Assembly: GCF_963921235.1 (NCBI RefSeq)
Contig: NC_086101.1
Span: forward strand, 9,674,001-9,738,000
Reading direction: 5' to 3'
DNA: 64,000 bases
Source: Mobula hypostoma
Taxonomy: Eukaryota
Shown: piece by piece, positions 10,621 through 20,870 of the stretch
How positions within the stretch are numbered: the first letter of the stretch is position 1
Layout of the letters: each line of letters begins with the position of its first letter
Translations under genes and position numbers: made by a program
Notes under the pieces: model-generated
Seen by the model: the letters and a program-made list of their open reading frames with translations, nothing else
Database searches by the model: none
What the model was told of the DNA's origin: nothing

Positions 10621-12665
10621 ATGTATATATACATAGATAGATAGATACATGCATATATACATAGTTGCCTCTCCCCTCTCCATCTCTCCCCTGAACTCTA
10701 AATCTGCTGAAACCTTCCCTTCCTCCTAATATTCTGATGAAGGGTCTCGGCTCGAAACGTCGACTGTTAACTCTTACCTGACCTGCAGAGTTCCTCCGGC
10801 ACTTTGTGAGTGTTACTCTTGACTTCCAGCATCTACAGCATCTCTTGTGTTTCCTCCATTCTATCGGTATCTCCTCTCATTCCCCCGTCTCACTTATCTC
10901 CCCACCTCTTTTTCTCTCACCAGAAGTCTCTCATTTTTTCTGTCTCTTTTTTTTTATCTCTCTCCAGACTTTCTTTTTCTCCTTCTCCCTCTGCTTCAGG
11001 TTGTGTGTTCTCTCACTGACGATGCCTATCTTGTCTACAGGTTTGCCTCGCCTCATGAAGCAGGTGGGAAGCAACTCGAGAGGGAAGATTGCTGCTCACC
11101 TCGTCGGTAAGCAACCGGTTTTTTTTTCACATCACCGACTACCGCGCGTCCAGAAGGCATCCCTCCCTGCAGGAGAGAGCCGTACAGGACAGCAGGGCCG
11201 ATTGGGTCCTAATTGTGCTGTTGCTTAGTCCTGGAGGGATGGGCCGATGGACAGTTGCCCTGTGCCGTGTGAATGCACCATCCCCCCCCCACTCCGAGGA
11301 AGGGGAGGGGGAAGAGGTTGCACCTCCTCATCCAACCCTGCCGGGACCTCACCCCCTGCCCCACGATGTGAGACTGTCAGCCTGTGCAGTTCACCAGGGA
11401 CTTCCATCCTTCTACACACATGGCCATAGTTCACCTTCCCTTGGTCTGGGACACTTCACTAACTTGAAATGCCTGGACATCAGCTGTTTCTCTCAAACCA
11501 AGAGTTGGGAGGTGCGGGGTGCAGAGACATGCTGATAGCTGGGTAAGACGCGACTGATGACCTTCACTTCACTCCATATCCCCTCCCCTCCACTTTTACC
11601 CACACGGGATCTTGTTGTCCACGGGGTGTGACTTCCTCCTTCTGCTAGGAAGTAGCTCATTCCCTGTAAAGGACTGTAGCGTGGAGTGTGGAACATGAAA
11701 GAGTGCAGGCACTGGAATCTGGAACAACACACAACCTGCTGGAGGAGATCAGCGCATTGGGCAGCATCTATGGAGGGAAATGGTCTAGATGCAGGGTCTT
11801 GAACAGAAACATCAACTGTCCATTTCCCTCCACTGATGCTAATTGTCCCCTTGTGTTCCTCCATCTTTCTGTGCTGCCTGGAAGGTGACCTGCCTCCTTT
11901 TTTTATGCAAGATTAGCTTTATTTGTCACATGTACATCAAAACAAAGTCGTTTGCATCATCAACCAACGCAATCCAAGGATGTGCTGGGGGCAGCCCACA
12001 AGTATTGCCATGCTTCCAGTACCAACATAGCAACTTACTAACCCTAACTTGTACAACTTTGGGTTAGGGGGAAAATCTGGAGCAGCTGGTCATGCAGCAG
12101 GGTCGGGAAACATCTTGACTCCTTACGGACAGCGGCGGGAATTGAATCCTGATCACTGGCATTGCAAAGTGTCACGCTATCTGCTACACTGCGGGTGCTG
12201 TTGTCCTGTGCTGACTTTGGTTTAATCCCCACCTCCTTCTCACCCACAGCACATTCAAACATCAAAGACGGACAAATCATCTGGCAGAAGGAAACGGACT
12301 CCACGTTTGGGGAAGGGGTTGACTTCGAGGACAACGGCTTGGTCATTAAGACCCCCGGCCTGTACTTCATCTACACCCAGGTGGTCTTCTACCACAAAGG
12401 CTGCCAGGATAACACCATCTATCTCAGCCACAATATGACTTCATACACAAACAGCTACGAAAATGAGGAGACCCTGCTCCTGAAGGCCACCAAGTCTGTC
12501 TGCCACTACGGCCCACACCAGCAGTACTGGTACAAGACCTCCTACCAGGGCGCTATCTTCCAGCTTGAGGAGGGTGACCATATCTTCTCCAGGGTCAGTG
12601 AGAAGGTGGTGCACTACGTGGACAGGACCCTAGGAAAGACCTTCTTTGGAATATTTGCCCTGTGA
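9994..12665 (+). CDS. TNF: TNF-alpha-like ligand, paralog A; join(9994..10167,10331..10382,11041..11106,12250..12665), 708 nt, 235 aa
   Basis: Four exons with GT-AG junctions and phases 0/1/1 join into one frame. N-terminal TM segment (FWPTLCALAILGLVAVISFLVL), AAHL motif, TNF homology domain (LVIKTPGLYFIYTQVVF, YQGAIFQLEEGD, KTFFGIFAL) and two Cys. TNF-alpha versus lymphotoxin-like orthology needs a phylogeny. Confidence 0.93.
10331..10382 (+). CDS. TNF: TNF paralog A exon 2 (stalk, KTDASELQKLEETSADG)
   Basis: ctcttttcag| acceptor and G|GTAGGT donor; 52 nt, same length and phase as paralog B exon 2. Confidence 0.85.
10583..10660. repeat. (CT)n microsatellite plus AT/GATA repeats in intron 2 of paralog A
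   Basis: Direct reading. Confidence 0.9.
10727..10850 (+). mobile_element. Penelope-derived short repeat carrying a minimal hammerhead motif (10727-10769)
   Basis: CTGATGA-A-GGGTCTCGGCTC-GAAACGTC-GACTG, followed by the cctgc..gagttcctcc..ttccagcatct body seen in other copies. Confidence 0.65.
11041..11106 (+). CDS. TNF: TNF paralog A exon 3 (GLPRLMKQVGSNSRGKIAAHLV)
   Basis: tctacag| acceptor and G|GTAAG donor; 66 nt; carries the AAHL motif. Confidence 0.92.
12250..12665 (+). CDS. TNF: TNF paralog A exon 4 (TNF homology domain)
   Basis: cccacag| acceptor; lies within ORF 12162..12665; ends FFGIFAL-TGA. Confidence 0.95.
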
Positions 12666-13223
12666 AGAACTTGGTGAATGGTCAGGATTTTCAGACTGGA
12701 ACACCACAGACACTTGATGGGACACATGATGCAAATTTTGGTTATTATAAAAACTAACACGTGTTTACAGTTTCTGATGCGTCAGGTTCAGACTTCCCTT
12801 TCTGGATTTACCCGGAGCCTGTCTCACTCCTTGCTCACAACCCAATTCTGGAGTGCACTGCCAAGTTGGTCTCATCCGACCTGGATCTCTTTCCAGAGGA
12901 CTAAGTAACCTGATGTGTCGACACTTAGCTGGAATGCCTTCAAGGCAAAGGCTCCGCCGTGACCTCACTGATGGGTTGTAAGATGGGTCAAATGGCTTCA
13001 CCTCCTATCCATCAATCCAGTGATGTCAGTGCAGTGCCAAGTTCCTGATACTAAGCAGGAGTATTGTGAGATGACCATGCTCAGAATAATGGTAGTCCCT
13101 TTGAAGGCATAACTAATATTAGTTTATATTTAATTTATGTTTAAATTTATGGTTCTTTTTGAAACAGATACTCCTGAGGGAGAGTGTAAGCAGACAAATC
13201 CAAGAGGTAGCCGGAAGGCATTG

Positions 13224-13240
13224 TGTCTGATATTCAGACA
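13224..13240 (+). promoter_or_regulatory. 3'UTR stem-loop TGTCTGA-TAT-TCAGACA, CDE-like (paralog A)
   Basis: 7-bp stem with a Py-Pu-Py triloop; conserved in paralog B. Confidence 0.65.
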
Positions 13241-13667
13241 GTTTAGCTCTTGGGAGGTCTGACCAATACTATAGTGTCTCTGTATGGAAGCACATCCGGG
13301 TCGTAAAGTTAACCTTTAAAAGGACCTTTATCTTTAAGGTACTGGCAAAGGACTCTTACATGCTAATTGATAAGGAGACTAAGTGAAATTCCCCACAGCC
13401 AACTTTCATCTCTAACATGACTTGAGAAGATGCTTCCTTTTCCATGCTGACCACCTAACCAGCCAAAGCTCATTTATTCTACAATCAAAGTGAATCAGCT
13501 CCTCCCATGCAAAAATACCGAACAGGGAATAATTTGGCCTGGTTCATATTGTTGGGTTTTTTTGGATGGGATGTGATCTGCTTGTCTCTTGTATTGAAAA
13601 CTGCTGGTGCTTCCTGGGCTGGAGATCAGGATTTAAATATATATATTATATACATAAATTACAAACG

Positions 13668-13688
13668 TACATCTGTTTTAAGGATGTC
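13668..13688 (+). promoter_or_regulatory. 3'UTR stem-loop with GUUUUA hexaloop, ADE-like (paralog A)
   Basis: TACATCT-GTTTTA-AGGATGTC; 21/21 identical in paralog B. Confidence 0.65.
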
Positions 13689-13739
13689 TATAATTATCCG
13701 TATGTCTTAATGTTTCATTCTGATTAAGTTATTATTTTA

Positions 13740-13825
13740 AAGTATTTATTGAAAGTTGATTTTATTGTTATTTATTTTATTTATATTATTATTGATTGTC
13801 AAACCAATGAACTGCTCTTAATAAA
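13740..13825 (+). terminator. AU-rich elements (TTATTTATT at 13768-13776) and polyA signal AATAAA (13820-13825) of paralog A
   Basis: Clustered ATTTA motifs followed by AATAAAAGTA; repeat sequence starts shortly after. Confidence 0.75.
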
Positions 13826-13879
13826 AGTATTTTATGAGTGAAATGGTTTCTTGTTCACATTACCTGCAGATTAGAATTA

Positions 13880-16290
13880 TAAGAGGAACAGATTTAGGCA
13901 TTTCGGCCCCTGGGTGTACTCCACTATTCTATCATGTCTGATTTAGTACTCCCCTCAATCAACCGCATCCTACAGCCTTCTCTCTGTAACCTTCAGTACC
14001 CTGACTAATCAAACTAATCAATTTCCACTTTAAATATTCCCAAAGACTTGGCCTCCACAGCCATCTGTGGCAATTAATTCTACAGATTCACCACCTTTTG
14101 GCTAAAGATATTGCTCCAAATCTCTGTTCCAAAGCTATGCCCCTGTATTCTGAGGCTTGCCCTCTGGTCCTATACTCCTCCACTATAGGACACATCTTCT
14201 CTATCCTCTCCATCTACTCCTTTCAATATTTAGTTGGTTTCAATGAGATCCCCCTCATTCTTCTAAATTCCAGGCACAAAGCCATCAAATGCTCCTCATA
14301 TGTTGACCATACAACCATAAGACCATAAGACATAGCAGAATTAGGCTATTCATCCCATCGAGTCTGCTCCACCATACAATCATGGCTGATCCCAGATCCC
14401 AGTCAACCCCATACACATCCCTTCTCAACATATCCTTTGATGCCCTGCCCGATCAGAAAACTATCATCTTCCACCTTAAATATACCCATGGACTTGGTCT
14501 TCACCACAGTCTGTAACAGAGCATTCCTCAGATTTACTACACTCTGGTTAAAAAAATTCCTCCTTACTTCTGTTCTAAAAGGCTGTCCCTCAATTTTGAG
14601 GCTGTGCCCTCCAGTTCTGGACTCCCCCATCATAGGAAACATGTTCTCCATACCCACCTTATCTAGTCCTTTCAATATTCAGTGTGTTTCAATGCGATTC
14701 TCTGGCATTCTTCTAAATCCAGTGAGTACAGGCCCAAAAATGTCAAATACTCCTCAACTGTTAACTCCTTCATTCCCAGAATCATCCTAGTGTACCTCCT
14801 CTGGATTCTCTCCAATGACAACACATCCTTTCTGTGATATGAGGCCCAAAACTGTTGACAATACTCCAACTGCATCCTGACTATTCTTATAAGGCCTCAG
14901 CCTTATCTCCTTGCTTTTATATTCTATTCCCCTTGAAATAGGTTCAATAGGTCAATAAGTACATTTAATGTCAGAGAAATGTATACAATATATATCCTGA
15001 AATTCTTTTCCTTCACAAACATCCACAAAAACAGAGGAGTGCCCCAAAGAATGAATGACAGTTAAACGTTAGAACCCCAAAGTCCCCCTCCCAGCTCCCC
15101 TCTCCCACAGACAAGCGCAGCAAGGCGACGATAACCCCCCAACAGCAAAAAAGCATCGGCCCGCTCCTCTGAGCACTGAAGCATGCAGCAACGCATCAAT
15201 AAAGACACAGACTTGCAGTACCCCAAAGCCTACTTGTTCACCCTGTACTTGACAAACCACAGGCTCTCTCTCTCTCCCCCAATAAGCGAATAAAAGGCGT
15301 CCCTGTTTCACAGCCAGAGGGGAGACATAACAAACAACTTGCTGGATTATGGTGTTAAAGGTCTGTTGTGTTGCTTTTTCTGAGCTCTGTGCCCAAAGAA
15401 CTTGGGACAGAAATGCGAACTTTGCACTTGCCTTCTATAGAAGAGACTCAACCTGCAAATTAACTTTCTGGGAGTCTGACACAAGGACTCCTATGTCCCT
15501 CTGCACCACTGATGATTGAACCTTCTCCCCGTTTAGATAATAGTTTGCATTATTATTCATTTTACCAAAATGCATTATCATACATTTCCCAACACTGTCT
15601 TCCGTCTGCCACTTTTTTCCCCATTCTGCCAATTTGTCTGAGTCAAGCTGCAATCACATTGCTTCCTCAGCACTAGCTACCCCCTCAACCTATCTTTGTA
15701 TCATCCACAAACTTTGCCACAAAGCCATCAATTCCATTATCCAAATCATTGACAAGCAACGTGAAAAGTATTGAACCCTGAGGAACACCAGTAGACACCA
15801 GCAACTGACCAGGAAAGGCCCCTTTACTTCCCAGTCACTGTCTCCTGCCTGTCAGCCATTTCTCTATACATGCCAGCATCCTTCATGTAACGTCATAGGA
15901 TTTTATCTTTTTAAGCAGCCTCATGTGTGGTACCTTATCAAATGCCTTCTGAGAATCCAATTAAATGACAATCACTACGTCTCCTTGTCCACCCTGCTTG
16001 TTACTTCCTCGAAGAACTCTAACAGATTTGTCAGGCAAGATTTCTCTCTACAGAAACAATGCTGACTTCCACTTGTTTTATCATTTGTCTCCAAGTACCC
16101 TGAAACTTCATCCTTAACTCTAACACTTTCCCAACCACTGAGTTTTGGCTATCTGGCCTATAATTTCCTTTCTTTTGCCTTCCTGCCTTCTTAAAGTGTG
16201 GATTGCATTTGTAATCTTTGAGCCTTCCAGGACCATGCCAGAATCAAGTGATTCTAGAAAGGTCATAACCAATGCATCCGTTAGTCTGTC
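13880..16290 (-). mobile_element. Decayed CR1 fragments, interrupted by another repeat at about 14940-15410
   Basis: ORF fragments 14403-14875, 15435-15653 and 16120-16317 resemble CR1 ORF2. Confidence 0.8.
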
Positions 16291-17140
16291 AGGAAGAGCA
16301 GGCAGATGATAGGACAAAATTGCAGCCAGCAGGGTGAGTATCAGTGCATTAGGGATGCAAAATCAAAAAGGGTAGCAAATATATCACAAAATGTGTTATA
16401 TCTCAATGCACAGAATATAAGAAATAAGATGGATGATCTAGTTGCACTATTACAGATAGTCAGGTAAGACATTATGGCATCACCGAATCATGGCTGAAGG
16501 ATGGTTGTAGTTGAAAGCTGAACGTCCAAGGTTACATGTTGTGTCAGAGGGGATGGTGTGGCTCTGCTGTTAAAGAATGGCATCAAATCATAGAAAGATG
16601 TGACAAGATTGGAAAATGTTGAATCCTTGTGGCTTGAGTTAAGAAACTGCAAAGGTAAAAGGATCCTGATGGCAGTTATACAGGCCTCCCAACAGTAGCT
16701 GGGATGGAGACCACAGATTACAGCAGGAAATATAAAAGGCTTGTCAAAAGGCCAATGTTATGATAGTTATGGGAGATTTTAATATGCAGGTTGATTAGGA
16801 AAATTAGGTTGGTAACGGATCTCATGAGAGTGCATTTGTTGAATGCCTATGAGATGGCTTTTTAGAGCAATTTGGATTGAACCTACTAGGGGATCAGTTA
16901 TATTCAAATGGATGTTAAGTAATGAACCAGAGGTGATCAGGGAGCTTAAGATATAAAAGCTCTTAGGAGCCAGTGATCACAAGAAGATTGAGTTCAACTT
17001 GAAATTTGATAGGGAGAAAGTCTGATGTAGCAGTATTTCAGTGGAGTAAGGGAAATTACAGTGGTATGAGAGAGGTGTTGGCCAAAGTAAATTGGAAGGA
17101 CCTGCTGGCAGGGAAAACAGCAGAGTAGCAATGGGAAAAA
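16290..17140 (+). mobile_element. Decayed CR1 AP-endonuclease region
   Basis: YLNA, ESLWLELRN, RPPNS and MGDFN remnants; similar to the reverse complement of 19940-20730. Confidence 0.75.
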
Positions 17141-18066
17141 TGAGGAAGTTGCTTTTCTTTGATACTTCTCTAAGCTATCTCTTTTAATCTTCCTCCAATA
17201 TTCCTCTCCAGTTCTTTTACAGTACCCTTCCTCTAGCAGATTCCCTTCCTCCAATCCTGGACTTCTGAAGTCTCTCCCTCAATAATGTCAGTGCAATAAA
17301 AGAGCCGTTCTTTGACCACAGGAAGCAACGAAGCATCCTGTGCTGGAGTGGAGGTGGTGGCGAGCATCACGTTCCCAGGTGTAAATGATGCCAACAACTT
17401 GTCATGGTCCAGCCATGTAGATGCTACAGCCAAGAAAGATCACCAACACACTTATTTCCACAGAAAGATAGGGAATAAGGAATTTCACTTGTTCCTGGTG
17501 CCCCTTGTCAAGTTTTATAGATTCACCATAGATATTATCTGACCTGTATTCACCATGACAACTGCTTTGCCCAAGACTGCAAGAAGTTATGGAAACCTGC
17601 AGAGACTTGTGAACAAAATCCAGCAAATCACAAAAACCAGCCTTCCCTCTATTTACTTCCCTCCTGATTCAGGAAAACAGCCAGTGTAATCAAAGGCCTT
17701 CCCACCTTATCATTCTCTCTTATTCCCCCTCCTTTGGGCAGAAGGCACAAAAGCTGAAGAATTGCACCACCAGGATGAACGACAGTGTCTATCCCACTGT
17801 TATAAGACACTTGAATGGACCTCGAGAACGAGACTCAACAAAGCTCAGAACAGAGTCTATGACCTACAGAATCACTTTTGAGGACACTTTACAATTCATG
17901 TTCTCAGTATTATTTTTTTTTAACTGCACAGGTTTTCTACTTTTGCACATTGGTTGTTTGTCAGCATTTGCCTGTTAATGCATAGTTTCTCATAAATTCT
18001 AGTGTATGTCTTATCCGCTGTAAATTACTGCAAGAAAATGAATCTTTTGGAGGCATATGGTAAGTT

Positions 18067-18687
18067 ACCATCAGTGGCTACTTTATTGGGTACACCTGTA
18101 CATCCACGCATTTATGCAAATATGCATGTACAATAAGCTAATGTTGTGGCATCAGTGGATAAAAGCATGCAGACACAGTCAAGAGGTTCAGGTGTTGTTC
18201 AAACCAAACAACAGAATGGGGAAGAAATTGATCAAAGTGACATTGACCACGGAATGAATGTTGGTGCCAGATAGGGTGGTTTGAGTATCTCAGGAACTGC
18301 TGATCTGGATTTTCATACAGAACAGTCCCCAGACATTACAGAGAAAGATGTGTGAAAAACAAAAAAAGTAATGTCCTGCCAAAGGGTTTCAGTCCAAAAT
18401 GCGACAATGCTCTTTTCCATAGATGCTGCCTGGCCTACTGAGTTCCTCCTGCATTTTGTGTGTGCTGCTTGGATTTCCAGCATCTGCAGATTTTCTCCTG
18501 TTTGTGAAAAAATATCTAGTTCTGGGTGAAAATACTTTGTTAGTGAGAGAGTTAAGATAGTTCAAGCTGACAGGAAGACAGCAGTACAACACATCACAAA
18601 AGTGATGTGCAGAAGAGCATCTCTGAATGCACAACACATTGAACTTCAAAATGGATTGGCTACAGAAGCAGAAGACCATGAACATAC
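18067..18687 (+). mobile_element. Tc1-like non-autonomous element; possible matching TIR at about 20875-20903
   Basis: cagtggctactttattgggtaca terminal motif; body shared with 38306-38515 and 45324-45930. Confidence 0.6.
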
Positions 18688-20870
18688 ATAAGACCATAAG
18701 ATATAGCAGCAGAAGTAGGCCATTCGGCCCAAGTCTGCTCCACCATTCAATCATTGGCTGATCCAATTCTTCCAGTCATCCCCACTCCCTTGCTTTTACC
18801 CCATACCCTTTGATACCCTGGATAATCAAGAACCTATTTATCTCTGCCTTAAATACACCCAATGATTTGGCCTCCACAGTCGCTCGTGGCAACAAATTCC
18901 ATTGATTTATCACCCTCAGACTAAAGTAATTTCTCCGCATTCAGTTCTAAAAGTTTGTCCTTCAATCCTGAAGTCATGCCCTCTTGTCCTAGAATCCCCT
19001 ACCATGGGAAATAATTTTCCATATCTAATCTGTTCAGGCCTCTTAACATTCAGAACATTTCTATGAGATCCCCTATCATTCTCTTGAACTCCAGGGAATA
19101 CAGCCCAAGAGCTGTCAGATGCTCCTCATATGGTAACCCCTTCATTCCTGGCTTTGGCCTATTTTGTCATGAGCCTCCAGGTATTCCGTAATCTCATCCC
19201 TAACAATCAATACCAATAACATCCCAACCACAAATGTCAGGTTAACAGGTCTATAGTTTCCTTTCTGCTGCCTCCTACCCTTCTTAAATAGTGGAGTAAC
19301 ATTTGCAATTTTCCAGTCATCCATTACAATGCCAGAATCTATTGATTCTTGAAAGATCATCGTTGATGCCTCCACAGTCTCTCCAACTACATCCTTCAGA
19401 ACCTGAGGGTGCATTCCAGCAGGACCAGGAGATTTATTCACCCTCAGACCATTAAGCTTCCTGAGCACCTTCTCAGTCATAATTTTCACTGCACAAACTT
19501 CACTTCCCTGACACTCTTGAATGTCTGGTATACTGCAGACGTCTTCCACTGTGAAGACTAATGCAAAATACACATTCAGTTCCTCTGCCACCTCTGCATC
19601 TCTTATTACCATATCTCCAGCATCATTTTGTATTGGTCCTATATCTACCCTCGTCTCCCCTTTACCCCTTGTATACTTAAAAATCTTTTAGTATCTTCTT
19701 TGATATTACTCGCTAACTTCCTCTCATAATTCATCTTTTCCTTCCAAATGACCTTCTTAGTTTCCTTCTGCAAGTTTTTAAAAGCTCCCCAATCCTCTAT
19801 CTTCCCACACTCTTTGGCTTCTTTGTATGCCCTCTCTTTTGATTTTACTTTGGCTGTGACTTCACTTGTCAGCCACAGTAGTGTCCTTCTTCCCTTTGAA
19901 AACTCCTTCTTATTTGGAATATATCTGTCTTGTACTTCCGTCATTTTTCGCAGAAACTCCAGCCAACTTTGGCCAGTTCCCCTCTCATGCCATTGTAATT
20001 TCCTTTGTTCCAATGAAATACCGACATATTGGACTTCATTTTTTCCCTCTCAATTTTCAATGTGAACTCGATTATACTGTAGTCACTGTTCCCTATTATC
20101 GCCCACACCCAATCCATCACAGCCAACCCCCTAGTGTCCTCAGCAACAAGCTGTTCTAAAAAGCCATCCTTTAGATGTTCTACAAATTCTCTCTCTTGAG
20201 GTCCAGTGTGGACCTGGTTTTCCCAATTCACTTTCATGTTAAAATCCCCAACGATATTGCCTTTCTGACACGCCTTTTCTATCTCCTGCTGTAATTTGTA
20301 ATCCACATCCCGGCTGCTGTTTGGAGGCCTGTATACAACTGCCTTTAGGGGTTCTTTTACCCTTGTCATTTCTTAACAACCCATAGAGATTCTACACCTT
20401 CTAAGCCTATGTCATCTCTTTCCAAGGATTTAATATTATTTCCTATACACAAAGCCACACCACCCCCTCTGTCTACTAACCTATCTTTCTGATATACTGT
20501 ATATCCTTGGACATTCTGCTCCCAATGGCAGCCATCCTTTAGCCAAGTTTCAGAGAGGGCGACAATGTCATATTTGCCAATCTGTTGCTGAATTTCAAAA
20601 CCGTCCATTTTATTGCTTATGCTGCTTGCATTCAAATATAACACTTTCTGTCCAGTATTTGTTACTTTCTGTTTTAACTGTTCCATGCCTTTAGTTCCCT
20701 GTAACTCATGCCACTGGCTGTGTTTAAGCCTCATCTCCTGCCTGTTCTTTCTATAATCTCTGTTGCACGCTATCCTTGATTTATTTCTGTTTTTCCTTTC
20801 CTCAGCCCTATCACTGCAGTTCCCATCCCCCTGCCAAATTAGATTAAACCCTCCCTAACAGTTGTGTTAA
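18688..20870 (-). mobile_element. CR1 LINE with most of the RT internally deleted
   Basis: APE ORF fragments 19941-20734 and 19142-19612 (NYRPVNL) joined directly to the 3' end; (CATAAGA)n-like tail at about 18688. Confidence 0.85.

Noticed and set aside
12162..12249. N-terminal extensions of ORFs 12162..12665 and 33708..34253
   Set aside because: Intronic sequence upstream of the exon-4 splice acceptors, not single-exon genes
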